NCBI GenBank assembly: GCA_963718615.1
Contig: OY970368.1
Span: forward strand, 416,001-480,000
DNA from: an uncultured cyanobacterium
GTDB taxonomy: Bacteria; Cyanobacteriota; Cyanobacteriia; PCC-9006; JAAUQQ01
Direction: 5' to 3'
Length of the DNA: 64,000 bases
Positions 9,462 to 19,280 of the stretch are shown here, piece by piece. Positions within the stretch are counted from its first letter, which is position 1. Every line of letters begins with the position of its first letter. The notes beneath the pieces are model-generated. The model did not search any database. It had not been told where the DNA came from and saw only the letters and a program-made list of their open reading frames with translations. The translations under genes and the position numbers were made by a program.

Positions 9462-10895
9462 TTAGGGTTGGTAGCCGAGTTTTGTGAGGGCTGCTGCTGC
9501 ACTCGACCGCACTTCTTTATCCGGATCTTTGAGTGCAACAATGAGTGCTGGAACTGCTTCTTGAGCAGATTCCCCTATTTGACCTAATGCAATTGCTACA
9601 CTCAAACGTACCTCCTTATCTGGATCTTTGAGTGCAATGATGAGTGCCGGAACCGCAGGTTTCGCAGATCCTACAATCCCAAATGATTCAAATTTAAGCG
9701 ATTCGAAATCAACTAAGTATTCCGAGTCTTCGGGTAGAACTATAGGGTCAGGCACCTCCCTGGTGACTCCTGTTATATCATCTAATGCCGATTGTGCTTC
9801 AAATTGCACGAGGCTATCTGCGTCTTTGAGTACAGCAATAAGTGCCGGAACTGCTGCTTTGGCAGATTCTCCGATTCGGCCTAATGCCCATGCTGCACTC
9901 GAGCGCACGTCCAGATCTGGGTCTTTGAGTGCGGTAATGAGTGCCGGAACTGCTGCTTTTGATGATTCTCCGATTTGGCTTAATGCCCATGCTGCACTCG
10001 AGCGCACTTCCTTATCTGAGTCTTGGAGAGCCGTGGCGAGTCCCGGAACCGCCACTTTGGAAGATTCTCCGATTCGGCCTAATGCCCATGCTGCACTCGA
10101 GCGCACATCCAGATCTGGGTCTTTGAGTGCGGTAATGAGTGCCGGAACTGCTGCTTTTGATGATTCTCCGATTTGGCCTAATGCCCATGCTGCACTCGAG
10201 CGCCCTTGTGCCTCGGAGTCTTTGAGCGCAATGATGAGTGCCGCTTTGCCCGATTCTCCGATTCGGCCTAATGCTTCTGCTGCACTCGAGCGCACTTGTG
10301 CGTCAGGGTCTTTGAGCGCGATAATGAGCTTAGGAACTGCTTCCTTGGCTGGTTCTCCTATTCGTCCTAAAGCAATTGCTACGCTCGAGCGCACTTGTGC
10401 CTCGGGGTCTTTGAGCGCGATAATGAGCTCAGGAATTGCTTCCTTAGCTGGTTCTCCTATTTGTCCTAAAGCAATCGCTACGCTCGAGCGCATCTGTGGA
10501 GATGAATCTTTGATCGCTGTGATGAGTTCAGGAATCGCTGTTTTTGCAGACTCTCCGATCTCACCCAATACTTCTGCTGCATTTTGTCGAACACAGTTAT
10601 CTAGTAAAAATGAAATGTATTCGCATTGCTCTGGGTGTCTGAGTGCAAAGATAAGTTTAGGAACCGCTGTTTTTGCAGATTCTCCAATGTCGCCTAGCCC
10701 CTTGGCTCCACTCGATCTCACTTTTGAATCGGTTGAGGCCAAGTCTTGGATTAATTGCTTGATTTTCTGAGGAGCAATAATTTCTGATGACAAGGGTCGA
10801 AAAGGATCTGCTCGGACCACTGAAATCGGAACTACAATTTGAACCATAGTTACAAATACGATGGAGAGAAGTTTGTAGCGCAATCGCATCTTCAT
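9462..10895 (-). CDS. HEAT/PBS-lyase-like repeat protein with N-terminal signal or anchor
   Basis: Tandem 33-aa units DPDxxVRSSAAxALGxIGExxKxAVPxLIxALK. Confidence 0.9.
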   Translation of the reverse strand: MKMRLRYKLLSIVFVTMVQIVVPISVVRADPFRPLSSEIIAPQKIKQLIQDLASTDSKVRSSGAKGLGDIGESAKTAVPKLIFALRHPEQCEYISFLLDNCVRQNAAEVLGEIGESAKTAIPELITAIKDSSPQMRSSVAIALGQIGEPAKEAIPELIIALKDPEAQVRSSVAIALGRIGEPAKEAVPKLIIALKDPDAQVRSSAAEALGRIGESGKAALIIALKDSEAQGRSSAAWALGQIGESSKAAVPALITALKDPDLDVRSSAAWALGRIGESSKVAVPGLATALQDSDKEVRSSAAWALSQIGESSKAAVPALITALKDPDLDVRSSAAWALGRIGESAKAAVPALIAVLKDADSLVQFEAQSALDDITGVTREVPDPIVLPEDSEYLVDFESLKFESFGIVGSAKPAVPALIIALKDPDKEVRLSVAIALGQIGESAQEAVPALIVALKDPDKEVRSSAAAALTKLGYQP

Positions 10896-10972
10896 TGCAA
10901 ACCTACCTAAATCAAAAATTTTGAGTTGCCTAAATACAATCAGTTAAAGTTGCCAAATCGCTTTTACTAATT

Positions 10973-11052
10973 AGACTTCCTGCATGAACCGAAAACCAGC
11001 GACGTAGTCATAAGGATTTTAGCCTGCAAACATGGGTCTGTACAAAAGGTCT
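10973..11052. mobile_element. Possible 80-bp miniature relic with degenerate ISL2-type ends
   Basis: AGACTTCCTGCATGAA ... TGTACAAAAGGTCT resemble the AGACCTCTTGCA TIR seen at 1814 and 9248. Confidence 0.35.
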
Positions 11053-11139
11053 ATTGAATAAGCTATAGATCAAAAAAACCATGACAATCAACGTAAAAAT
11101 ACTTGTTCAATGACTGCTCCAATCTAAACGACAATTTCA

Positions 11140-11227
11140 AGCTAACGTTGCCCATCACCCGCTGTAGTCGACCTGAAATACAAACAACTAACCTTTGGAC
11201 GGTCGATGTGCATGGGCATTGTTCGGC
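11140..11227 (-). other. Integron attC-like recombination site
   Basis: Minus strand GCCGAAC-AA-TGCCCAT(G)CAC...GTG-ATGGGCA-AC-GTTAGCT: AAC/GTT cores, paired inner arm with one extra G, 14 bp after a stop codon. Confidence 0.75.
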
Positions 11228-11241
11228 TGCGTGTGTTAGTT

Positions 11242-11787
11242 TTATGCTTCATGATTTTCGGGAGGCTTACAGAAACGCAGTATTATATTCAAAGCAAGAG
11301 CTGGTAGAAGAGGTAGCTTTAAGAACCGACTTCCTCCTTTAACCTCACTTTCCCAAAATTTACCATTATCGTATCGCAACCGTAATGATTCCCCCTGAAG
11401 CAATAGTCCAGGCATCGAAGGATTGTACATTGCTGGCAAACTTGTACCTTTTGGAAAAATTCTGAGAAGATCCTCCGAGCTATTTACTTCTGCTTTCGAC
11501 TTTAAAGGAGGAATCAAGCGTTCTTTATGTCCGTCCACAGTACCAATTAGCCAATAACTCGCCAAACTATCCGAGCTAGAATCATACGTTCCATCTATCA
11601 CCATAAAAGAAACCGGACGATAACCTGCTGAATTCATATACAGCATTATTCGGTTACAGCTAGAAGGTAGACAGAGAATCGCCCACCACATCGCAAAACT
11701 TGTGGTTTTCTTTGCAAGACTGTAGATCCGCAATGGCGGACTTCTTAAAGCTGGACTCATAGGCTTTACAACTAAATCTTTTTGCAC
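11242..11787 (-). CDS. Hypothetical protein, putative gene cassette
   Basis: 181-aa AT-rich ORF between attI-like GTT and attC; start uncertain (ATG at 11760 possible). Confidence 0.6.
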   Translation of the reverse strand: MQKDLVVKPMSPALRSPPLRIYSLAKKTTSFAMWWAILCLPSSCNRIMLYMNSAGYRPVSFMVIDGTYDSSSDSLASYWLIGTVDGHKERLIPPLKSKAEVNSSEDLLRIFPKGTSLPAMYNPSMPGLLLQGESLRLRYDNGKFWESEVKGGSRFLKLPLLPALALNIILRFCKPPENHEA

Positions 11788-11903
11788 TGCATGTATGTCT
11801 ATAGACGACGATAAGACTTATGCAGAAATTTACGTTTTTTTACAAATCAGTAAGTACTTGCCATCGTTCTGGCTGCTTATAATGACGCTAAATTGAGTGG
11901 TCG

Positions 11904-12204
11904 AACAACTTATTCTCATGCACAATGCTTGATAACTCCCCCCTCTCGTCATTCTCAACCACCAGCGCCCCATAATCCCCAGCAATGGTACATTATCCAC
12001 GCAATCATGCTGGATAACACCCCCGTACAGGTATTGCCAGGCAAAACTGCACGACAACAACCCATTTCCAGACATTATCCCAGCATAGCCGCCGGATAAA
12101 ATCCCTATACAGGTATTATTAAGTATGTCTCAGTATAAGCTTACCCTCTTCGACCCAGCGTAGAAAATTACAAAACCTTCACCAACAGCTCAGCACTTTA
12201 GACC
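11904..12204 (-). repeat. 301-bp non-coding element copy 2, attI-like region
   Basis: Direct repeat of 1513-1813, same length and motif phasing. Confidence 0.8.
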
Positions 12205-12295
12205 GTGAAAAAACGCTAACAACTCGCTGGCTCTCGCGATCGCCCAAACTCCAACCAACTCCCCAACCACCCCCAACCCAATCCCCGCCATCATA

Positions 12296-12919
12296 TTAGC
12301 CAGCATTACCCGCAGCAGATGAGGATGACAGCTCAAACACAACTTCCTCATAAAATTGCTCAATCGGCACCACTAAGCTAATGCTTTTCAACTCAACGCG
12401 ATCGCCCTCCCGATAACTCAAAATCACCCATTCCCCCCCATCGTTTTTGTGATAAATATCGATCGCCATCTCATCAGAACTGACCAACACATAATCCACC
12501 AAATTCGGATTACGACGATACTTCTCAAACTTCTTACCTCGATCATAAGCTTCGGTGCTACTAGACAAAACCTCCACAATCAAACAAGGATAGGTAATAT
12601 AAAACGCATTCTCTCGATCCCGCTCATCACAGGTAACACTCAAATCGGGATAGGTATAGTTAGAAGTATTGAGAATGTTAACTTTTAAATCCGAATTGAA
12701 AACACGACACTGACCACCCCGTAAATGTGCCTTGAGCAAAGCACCAATATTTAATTGGATCGCACTATGATTTTGCGTGCCACCGCTCATCGCATAAACC
12801 CGACCCTCGATTAGCTCATGCCTTTCTAACTGCCCTTTCTCCCAAGCAAAATACGCTTCAGGCGTAAAGTACCGCTCGTTATCTCGTGCTGCAATCATCT
12901 CCCTACTCCCTTCATACAT
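12296..12919 (-). CDS. Uma2-family endonuclease-like protein
   Basis: RHELIEG.VYAMSGGT, YPDLSVTC, PCLIVEVLSSSTEAYDRGKKFEKY. Confidence 0.9.
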   Translation of the reverse strand: MYEGSREMIAARDNERYFTPEAYFAWEKGQLERHELIEGRVYAMSGGTQNHSAIQLNIGALLKAHLRGGQCRVFNSDLKVNILNTSNYTYPDLSVTCDERDRENAFYITYPCLIVEVLSSSTEAYDRGKKFEKYRRNPNLVDYVLVSSDEMAIDIYHKNDGGEWVILSYREGDRVELKSISLVVPIEQFYEEVVFELSSSSAAGNAG

Positions 12920-12940
12920 AATCTCTGGATATCTAACACC

Positions 12941-14308
12941 TTACCCCGCTAAAATCTCCTTCGCCGCCCGCAAGCCAGACAGATAAGCCCCATGGGCCGT
13001 ACTGAAATAATCCCTTTCTGACGCCTCACCCGCAAAAAACAACCGCTTCCCCACAGGTTTAGCCAGTTCCTGACGCATCGCAGGCATCGCCCCCACCGGA
13101 TTAAACGAATAAGAGCCTCGTGCAAACGGGTCCGAAGCCCAGCGCGTGATTTGGAAATCAAGCGGTTCAGGGATATTCTCTCCAAAGATCGTCCGCAAGG
13201 TTTGCATCGCGCTCGCCACAATGTCTTGATCCGACCAAGACTCAATCTCACGACCGCGATCGCCCGCATTAAACCCCAACAAAACAGGCAGATTTGCCAC
13301 CCGCATCAAACTCACCCACTCCGTCCATGCACCATGCTGCTCCGGAATGTATTCCAGCCAATCCACATCCGTCGACCAGAATGCCTGGGGAAAACGCAGG
13401 TAGCACTTGTTCAGAACTCCCATGCCTAGCTTGGCGATCGCCCCCCGTTTCGCAGCAGGAAGTTCCGGCACAAAACGCAGACTGCCCGCCTGCAAAACCC
13501 CGAGGGGGGCTGTGATTAACACCTGGTCCGCCAGAAACTCCGTTTTGTCAGTCACCACACGCACGGGGGATTGATTCCAATCAATTTGCTGCACCACCTG
13601 CTCCAATTCAACCGATAGATCGCGGGCCAAATACTCCGTAATCACCCGAAACCCATCCATAAACAGCGCATCATCTCCTTGAAAGGCTTTACTGTCATCG
13701 TACCAATGGGCAGACAATTCATTGGCACTGCCCGCGTACTCCTGCTCAAACTCACCACTCAAAATAAAGTTGAGAAACCGTTGATTTTCTGGAGAAGCAT
13801 TTGCCTTAAACGTCGCCGTCAAAACTTGCCGAATCGAAGCATCATTCTCCCGCTCCTGAGCTTTTTCCAGTGCCTTAAATACTGTATTTCGCAATGTTTC
13901 GAGACGATTCTCTTCGGCTTCAGATAGGGGATTTCCTGATGTGTTGTAGGTCATGCTGCTGTCATAGCTCATTAACCCTTGTTCGGCTTGGATCGCCTGG
14001 GCCAATTCCGTTAAGGGATTGCCCTGGACCCCATGGATCCAACTCGCTCCCAAATCCAAAGGCATATCCGGCCATTTTGTGCTAGTCCAAATTCGCCCAC
14101 CGATGCGATCGCGCCCTTCCAGCACCACCACCTCATGCCCTTGGGCCTGGAGCTCCCTCGCCGCCGCCAGCCCCGCCAACCCCGCACCAATCACTAGGAT
14201 CCGTTTCTTGCCCAACATAACCGCCCCTTCCCCATCAGGAATGGCCTGGGTCGCTGTACAACTGGTTAACAGTAAACCCAGGAATTTCAAAAGCGCGCGT
14301 CTATTCAT
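12941..14308 (-). CDS. Flavin monoamine/polyamine oxidase family protein, Tat/lipoprotein-like signal
   Basis: MNRRALLK...LTSC; VIGAGLAGL, RIGGRI, DLGASWIHG, FFAGEA, HGAYLSG. Confidence 0.9.
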   Translation of the reverse strand: MNRRALLKFLGLLLTSCTATQAIPDGEGAVMLGKKRILVIGAGLAGLAAARELQAQGHEVVVLEGRDRIGGRIWTSTKWPDMPLDLGASWIHGVQGNPLTELAQAIQAEQGLMSYDSSMTYNTSGNPLSEAEENRLETLRNTVFKALEKAQERENDASIRQVLTATFKANASPENQRFLNFILSGEFEQEYAGSANELSAHWYDDSKAFQGDDALFMDGFRVITEYLARDLSVELEQVVQQIDWNQSPVRVVTDKTEFLADQVLITAPLGVLQAGSLRFVPELPAAKRGAIAKLGMGVLNKCYLRFPQAFWSTDVDWLEYIPEQHGAWTEWVSLMRVANLPVLLGFNAGDRGREIESWSDQDIVASAMQTLRTIFGENIPEPLDFQITRWASDPFARGSYSFNPVGAMPAMRQELAKPVGKRLFFAGEASERDYFSTAHGAYLSGLRAAKEILAG

Positions 14309-14317
14309 AACTGTGGT

Positions 14318-14830
14318 TTATGCCTGTCTAACAAATGGTACTAAATGCATCATGTAATCTCGTTTTCCAATGGGAACACCAGCCATACGCAGAATGTCAT
14401 AAGCTGTGACCATATGAAAATAGAAATTTGGCATCAGAAAATCGTCCACATAGGCACGACCAGACAGCTCTGCATAGAGATTTTGGCCTAAGTCAATGCG
14501 CTGAACCTCTGCTAGCTTTGCATCTTCGGCAGTGATGCCTGAGAGGCGTTCCTTGGTATTCGCAATGTGCTCGTATGCCTGCGTTAGAGATTGGACTTCC
14601 GGATCCAGGTTATTCATGGGTTTGTCGTCACACCACAGAGCAAAGTTGCGGGGTTGATTGCAGGTGAACACGATCTGGGTGCCAAAGGGAAGCATGTCCG
14701 CCGCAATACGCTTCTGAAGGAACGCCTCGCTCCCCCTGAAATGAGTCTGAGCTGACGTTAAGAGGTGCTCAAGCGTGGTCAAACGGCTTTGGAAGAGGGT
14801 TTGGATAGAATCAATAGTTCGACTTGACAT
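14318..14830 (-). CDS. DUF1993-family (DinB-like) protein
   Basis: DMLPF..Q and PNFYFHMVTAYDILRMAGVPIGKRDY. Confidence 0.85.
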   Translation of the reverse strand: MSSRTIDSIQTLFQSRLTTLEHLLTSAQTHFRGSEAFLQKRIAADMLPFGTQIVFTCNQPRNFALWCDDKPMNNLDPEVQSLTQAYEHIANTKERLSGITAEDAKLAEVQRIDLGQNLYAELSGRAYVDDFLMPNFYFHMVTAYDILRMAGVPIGKRDYMMHLVPFVRQA

Positions 14831-15040
14831 TTCGTGACCTCCTAAAACTTAATCCGATCTTTTTGATCTTCATCTAATAAAGCATGACAGTTTACTAATG
14901 AAATCAAGTCTACCGAATATCTGCATGAGGCTGTGAAGTCCTTCTCCGCCAATTTTGCCATGCAGGCTCCAGTAACAATCCTCTCCATCTATGGTTGAAT
15001 AACAGCAGTAGAGCACTTGTTCTTCACTGCGCCAACCCCT

Positions 15041-16168
15041 ATGCCCACGCGACCCGCTGATATCCTTGCCCTGCTCCAAACCAAGCAAGCCGACTTCGCC
15101 AACTTTGATCAGACGACCCTAGGACTGCTGCAAAAGTATCGGCAGGGCCTGCGGCAACTGGTTGACCTAGAACAGGCAGGCGACAGCGCGGTTTTGGAAC
15201 CCCTGGCTTTGGCCCATCGAGGCATTATTCCCTTTGGTCACCACTGGAACAATCGCGAAGAAAGTCATGCCTGGGTGCGACAGCAACTGATGGGGATCGC
15301 GACATTCGCTGTGGATGGTTCCCAAATCTATCCCAGCAAAGATATCTCCATCCCTGTGGCTCTTGTCCAGGTGGGTTGGTTTGAAAACTTTCATCGTCCT
15401 GAGGGGTCCTATGAAAAAAACATTCGAGTCGATTTGATGACCCCAGCAGACCTTAAGGATTTTAAGGGAGATCTGGCCGATCGCCAGGTCAATATGCGCC
15501 GGTTTCAGATGGAGACAGAGCGCCTTGTGGAATACATCGAAGATCATTCTGGCGATCAAGAATGCCTAGTGTTTCTCGATGGCTCGTTAGTGGCCACATT
15601 CGCCGATGTTTTTGATCAGGATACGCAACAGTTTTATGTGGATTGTCTGCTGCGATTGCTTCAGGCGAGTGAAGATTGCCGCGTCCCGCTAGTGGCCTAT
15701 ATCGACACTTCCTACGCCCAGGATTTGGTAACCGTTTTACGGCGGGGATTTGGGTTGCCTGAGGTGAATTCGATTCATGATGCTCAGGTTGTGCGATCGG
15801 AGATGGATTGGGGCGATCGCACCCCCCTCTTCCGCTGCCAGCGCGATGTGCTCACAAAGTTTTACGGTCCCCACAAACAGCGCATCGCCTACACCTATCT
15901 CAAAACCAACGATGGCTATCCCGCGCGACTAGAACTTCCCCTGTGGATTTATGAGGACGGACGTCTAGAGCAGGTGCTCAACTGGGTGCGTGGGGAGGTG
16001 GTGATTGGTGGGGGGTATCCCTATGGAATCGAGACGGCAGATCAAGTGGCTGTATTAAAAATGGAAGATCGGAATGCTTTTTATCGGCTATTACAGGATT
16101 GGTCGGAGCAGCAAGGATTAAAGCTCAGGCTCTCGCGCAAGATGGTGAGTAAAGTGCGGCGACGTTAG
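15041..16168 (+). CDS. NurA-domain nuclease
   Basis: FAVDGSQ, FLDGSL, GYPYGIETADQ.AV motifs. Confidence 0.8.
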   Translation: MPTRPADILALLQTKQADFANFDQTTLGLLQKYRQGLRQLVDLEQAGDSAVLEPLALAHRGIIPFGHHWNNREESHAWVRQQLMGIATFAVDGSQIYPSKDISIPVALVQVGWFENFHRPEGSYEKNIRVDLMTPADLKDFKGDLADRQVNMRRFQMETERLVEYIEDHSGDQECLVFLDGSLVATFADVFDQDTQQFYVDCLLRLLQASEDCRVPLVAYIDTSYAQDLVTVLRRGFGLPEVNSIHDAQVVRSEMDWGDRTPLFRCQRDVLTKFYGPHKQRIAYTYLKTNDGYPARLELPLWIYEDGRLEQVLNWVRGEVVIGGGYPYGIETADQVAVLKMEDRNAFYRLLQDWSEQQGLKLRLSRKMVSKVRRR

Positions 16169-16238
16169 GGAGGAGAGCACAGGCTAATTGACTGGAACAA
16201 ATTAGATAGTTGCGGAAGCATAAAAGCTTGAGCCTGGT

Positions 16239-16643
16239 CTACAAGACGGGTATTAGACGCTCATGTTTTATCTCTGCCTCTACTTCATCCCAAAACGGAC
16301 TATGGCTGAGAATAATTGCAGAGCGGCTCAATATACCCAACTCTCGATATCGCTGTAAGTAATCATCTATCTCTATTTTATTATCTAAATAGAAGCCCAG
16401 CGCATCAAATACCTGAGCCGCCGAGACCTGATTGTATAGCATAGCCGGGATGTCTTCTGGTCGAACGTTATCCTGCCAGAGCGCAACTATGTCACGGATC
16501 GGAACCTTCGTGCCCATAATAATGGGTTCACCCTCTAGGACTGGCAGATTGGTTTGACTAAGTTCTGAGGACACACGAGTTACATATCGAGTCGTCGAGG
16601 GCGTTTTAACCATAATCGAATAAGACATGAAAGATGGAGTCAC
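16239..16643 (-). CDS. DUF433 domain protein
   Basis: GEPIIMGTKVPIRDIV, QVFDALGFYLDNKIEID. Confidence 0.8.
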   Translation of the reverse strand: MTPSFMSYSIMVKTPSTTRYVTRVSSELSQTNLPVLEGEPIIMGTKVPIRDIVALWQDNVRPEDIPAMLYNQVSAAQVFDALGFYLDNKIEIDDYLQRYRELGILSRSAIILSHSPFWDEVEAEIKHERLIPVL

Positions 16644-16715
16644 TACGATTCTAGCTTTTCAGAGAAAGCTCCTCGGGGAAAAAGTCTTCCACGCGTCGTA
16701 TTTTTCTCATTGGCT

Positions 16716-17696
16716 TTATCGCGTTTGAAAGATATTCTGCACCATGGTCTTGCCCACCGAAGCTGCGGCCTTGTCGAGCTCAATCACTTCCCCCTCGCTC
16801 AACCGCCAACCCAAGGCACCGACGTTTTGCTGCGCCTGGTTGAGAGTCTTGGCCCCTGGAATGGGAATCGTCCCCTTGCAAATACACCAATTTAAGGCCG
16901 TTTGCGCCATGGTTTTGTCGTGGGCTTCGGCGATCACTTGGATTGTGGCGAGTAGCGATCGCGCCCCCGGCAGCAGTTGCTTAAACAAGCGCTTACGCAG
17001 TAGCCCTGTCGGTTTGGGGCCATCCGCAGAATATCGGCCTGTCAAGAGTCCCAAGCACAGCGGACTATAGGCAATCAGTTGAATTCCCAACTCATCACAG
17101 AGATCTTTGACCCCCAACTCCGTCACCGGATAGGTCGAAAGCAGCGAGTACTGAACCTGAAGCGTCCGAATCGGGATATTTCGTTCTTTGAACCGAGGAT
17201 AAATTTGTTTGAGGCGTTTAGTCCCGAAGTTAGACAATCCCACCCCCTGCACCATCCCTTGCTCATAAAGCTCCGCTAGACCATCCAGCAATGCTCCCTC
17301 CTGCCAAGGGGCATAATTGGCCGTCGACCAATGCAACTGCACCAAGTCCACCCGACCCAGCCGCGCCGCCGAAGCCCGAAAGGCAGATTGAATCGAGCCC
17401 TTCGACAGTCGCCAGGGATAGGGGGCAAGCTTCGTGGCCAGACAAATCTGGTTTTGATAGGGTCCTTGGTAAGCCTGGGAAAACTCGCCCAGGAGCGCTT
17501 CGCTGCGGCCCTTGAGCTGACCCGTGCCGTAGGAGTCGCCGGTATCAAACAGCGTAACGCCCTGGGCAACGCAGTAGTCAAAGACCCGCTTGAGCTCCGG
17601 GTCCATGGTCTCGTCATAGCCCCACAGCAGGCGATTGCCCCAGGCCCAGGTGCCGCAGCCCAGGGTGGGTAAAGAAAGATGATGTTGCCCGGTCAT
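16716..17696 (-). CDS. Aldo/keto reductase
   Basis: GTWAWG, FDTGDSYG, DLVQLHW, VGLSNF, IAYSPL, PIPGAK. Confidence 0.92.
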   Translation of the reverse strand: MTGQHHLSLPTLGCGTWAWGNRLLWGYDETMDPELKRVFDYCVAQGVTLFDTGDSYGTGQLKGRSEALLGEFSQAYQGPYQNQICLATKLAPYPWRLSKGSIQSAFRASAARLGRVDLVQLHWSTANYAPWQEGALLDGLAELYEQGMVQGVGLSNFGTKRLKQIYPRFKERNIPIRTLQVQYSLLSTYPVTELGVKDLCDELGIQLIAYSPLCLGLLTGRYSADGPKPTGLLRKRLFKQLLPGARSLLATIQVIAEAHDKTMAQTALNWCICKGTIPIPGAKTLNQAQQNVGALGWRLSEGEVIELDKAAASVGKTMVQNIFQTR

Positions 17697-17762
17697 GCTG
17701 TCATCGCGATCGCGTTACCAGGCATACTGTAGCGTGAGAAGTGGGTTTCGGGGTTGGGAATC

Positions 17763-18569
17763 ATGGCGGGAGCCTTAAGTTTGTCCGGTCTTTACATTTA
17801 CCCAGTGAAATCGGCGGCGGGGATAGCGCTGCAAACGGCTGAGGTGGTGCAACGGGGATTGGGGGGCGATCGCCGCTACATGGTTACCGATCTCCAGGGC
17901 AAGTTTATGACCCAGCGCCAATATCCTCGGATGGCATTGATTCGGGTCGCCTTAGCCGCCAACCTCTGTCTGGATGCCCCTGGTATGCCGAGGCTTGTGT
18001 TATCAACCGATGCTCTGCCTTTGCCGGAACTGGAGGTTGAGGTTTGGGGCGATCGCACCTCTGCCCTCTCCGGTGGCGCAGAAGCCCAGGCTTGGCTGAG
18101 CGAGTTTCTTCAGGTGCCTTGCCAACTGGTCTACATGCCTGATACGGCCCAACGCCCCACAGCCCATGGCAAGTTAGGCGCGGATCAGCTGGTGAGTTTT
18201 GCCGATGCCTATCCTTTTTTGTTGATTTCGGAAGCCTCGTTGGCGGATTTGAATGGACGACTGGAGCAGGCGGTGCCGATGGATCGGTTTCGACCGAATT
18301 TAGTAGTGCGGGGGTGTGAAGCGTTTGCGGAGGATGGTTGGCAGCGACTGCGGATTGGAACGGTGGAGTTTGAGGGGGTGAAGGGATGCGATCGCTGTTC
18401 CGTTCCTGGGGTTGATCAAGCAACAGGAATGCAGTCTAAAGAACCGTTGTTGACGTTGGCTCAGTATCGACGGTGGCAGGGAAAGATTTGGTTTGGGCAG
18501 AATTTGGTGCAGCGCAATCTGGGGCAACTCCAGGTGGGGGATAGCATCGAGATTCTGGGATACAAGTAG
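17763..18569 (+). CDS. MOSC domain protein (YcbX-like)
   Basis: LYIYPVKS, FADAYPFLL, RFRPNLVV, CDRC. Confidence 0.9.
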   Translation: MAGALSLSGLYIYPVKSAAGIALQTAEVVQRGLGGDRRYMVTDLQGKFMTQRQYPRMALIRVALAANLCLDAPGMPRLVLSTDALPLPELEVEVWGDRTSALSGGAEAQAWLSEFLQVPCQLVYMPDTAQRPTAHGKLGADQLVSFADAYPFLLISEASLADLNGRLEQAVPMDRFRPNLVVRGCEAFAEDGWQRLRIGTVEFEGVKGCDRCSVPGVDQATGMQSKEPLLTLAQYRRWQGKIWFGQNLVQRNLGQLQVGDSIEILGYK

Positions 18570-18607
18570 GCTGGGGATTGAGCCACTTGAGGATTGAGCC
18601 ATTTGAG

Positions 18608-19198
18608 TCACTCCCCTGTGTCGATCTTCCCGCCCACAAACGGCGTCCCCCAAAATGTCCAGTTTTCTTTGTTGAAGGGCGATCGCCACTTGCGAATCAA
18701 CGCCGCCTCCAACCGCTGCCGCGCCCGCGTCGCCTGCGGCGCATGGGGCCAAAAGGCAATGCCCAGCTGCGTTGTCAGCCCATGGACATAGTGAATCTGG
18801 CGATAATTGGCCAAATAGCGCTTGCAGTCATGGACACCCTTCCAGCGCTGGTTGGACTTCACCGTTTCACCCACGTAGAGGAGGAGCGATCGCTCATAGT
18901 CGATGACAAAATACAGCGCTGCCACCCCGGCCTCATGAATCGGCGATTGCCAAAAGTTAATATTTTGTTGCGGTAACCCATAGGGGTCGAGCCGTTCCCC
19001 CTCCGTCACCGCATCCGCAAACAGCGAGCCCTGCTCCGCCTGGGGCAAAAACCTCACCTGGCGCTGATAATCTCCAATGCGCTCCTGCCAAAGTTCTAGC
19101 GCCGTCTGGCTCATGTTCGGCGAGAGCCCTTCCAGGGTTCGGCCCTGAACTTGCCACTGCTCTGTCGCAGAAAAAAGAGAAAGCTGACTAACAACCAT
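18608..19198 (-). CDS. GIY-YIG nuclease family protein
   Basis: ALYFVID...LLYVGET...RW..HDCKRY, WRSPFNKE. Confidence 0.75.
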   Translation of the reverse strand: MVVSQLSLFSATEQWQVQGRTLEGLSPNMSQTALELWQERIGDYQRQVRFLPQAEQGSLFADAVTEGERLDPYGLPQQNINFWQSPIHEAGVAALYFVIDYERSLLLYVGETVKSNQRWKGVHDCKRYLANYRQIHYVHGLTTQLGIAFWPHAPQATRARQRLEAALIRKWRSPFNKENWTFWGTPFVGGKIDTGE

Positions 19199-19280
19199 GA
19201 AGATCTTCCGGAAATTTGCTTTTCCTAGTGGCAAATCCAATATACCGTGAAGCCATAATGTTTTTGGCGATACAGCCAGA

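Noticed and set aside
9628-10770. 380-aa plus-strand ORF
   Set aside because: Antisense shadow of the HEAT-repeat gene; low-complexity Ser/Ala translation.
11830-12099. Short ORFs over the 301-bp element
   Set aside because: No equivalent ORF is called in copy 1; conservation follows DNA motifs rather than codons.
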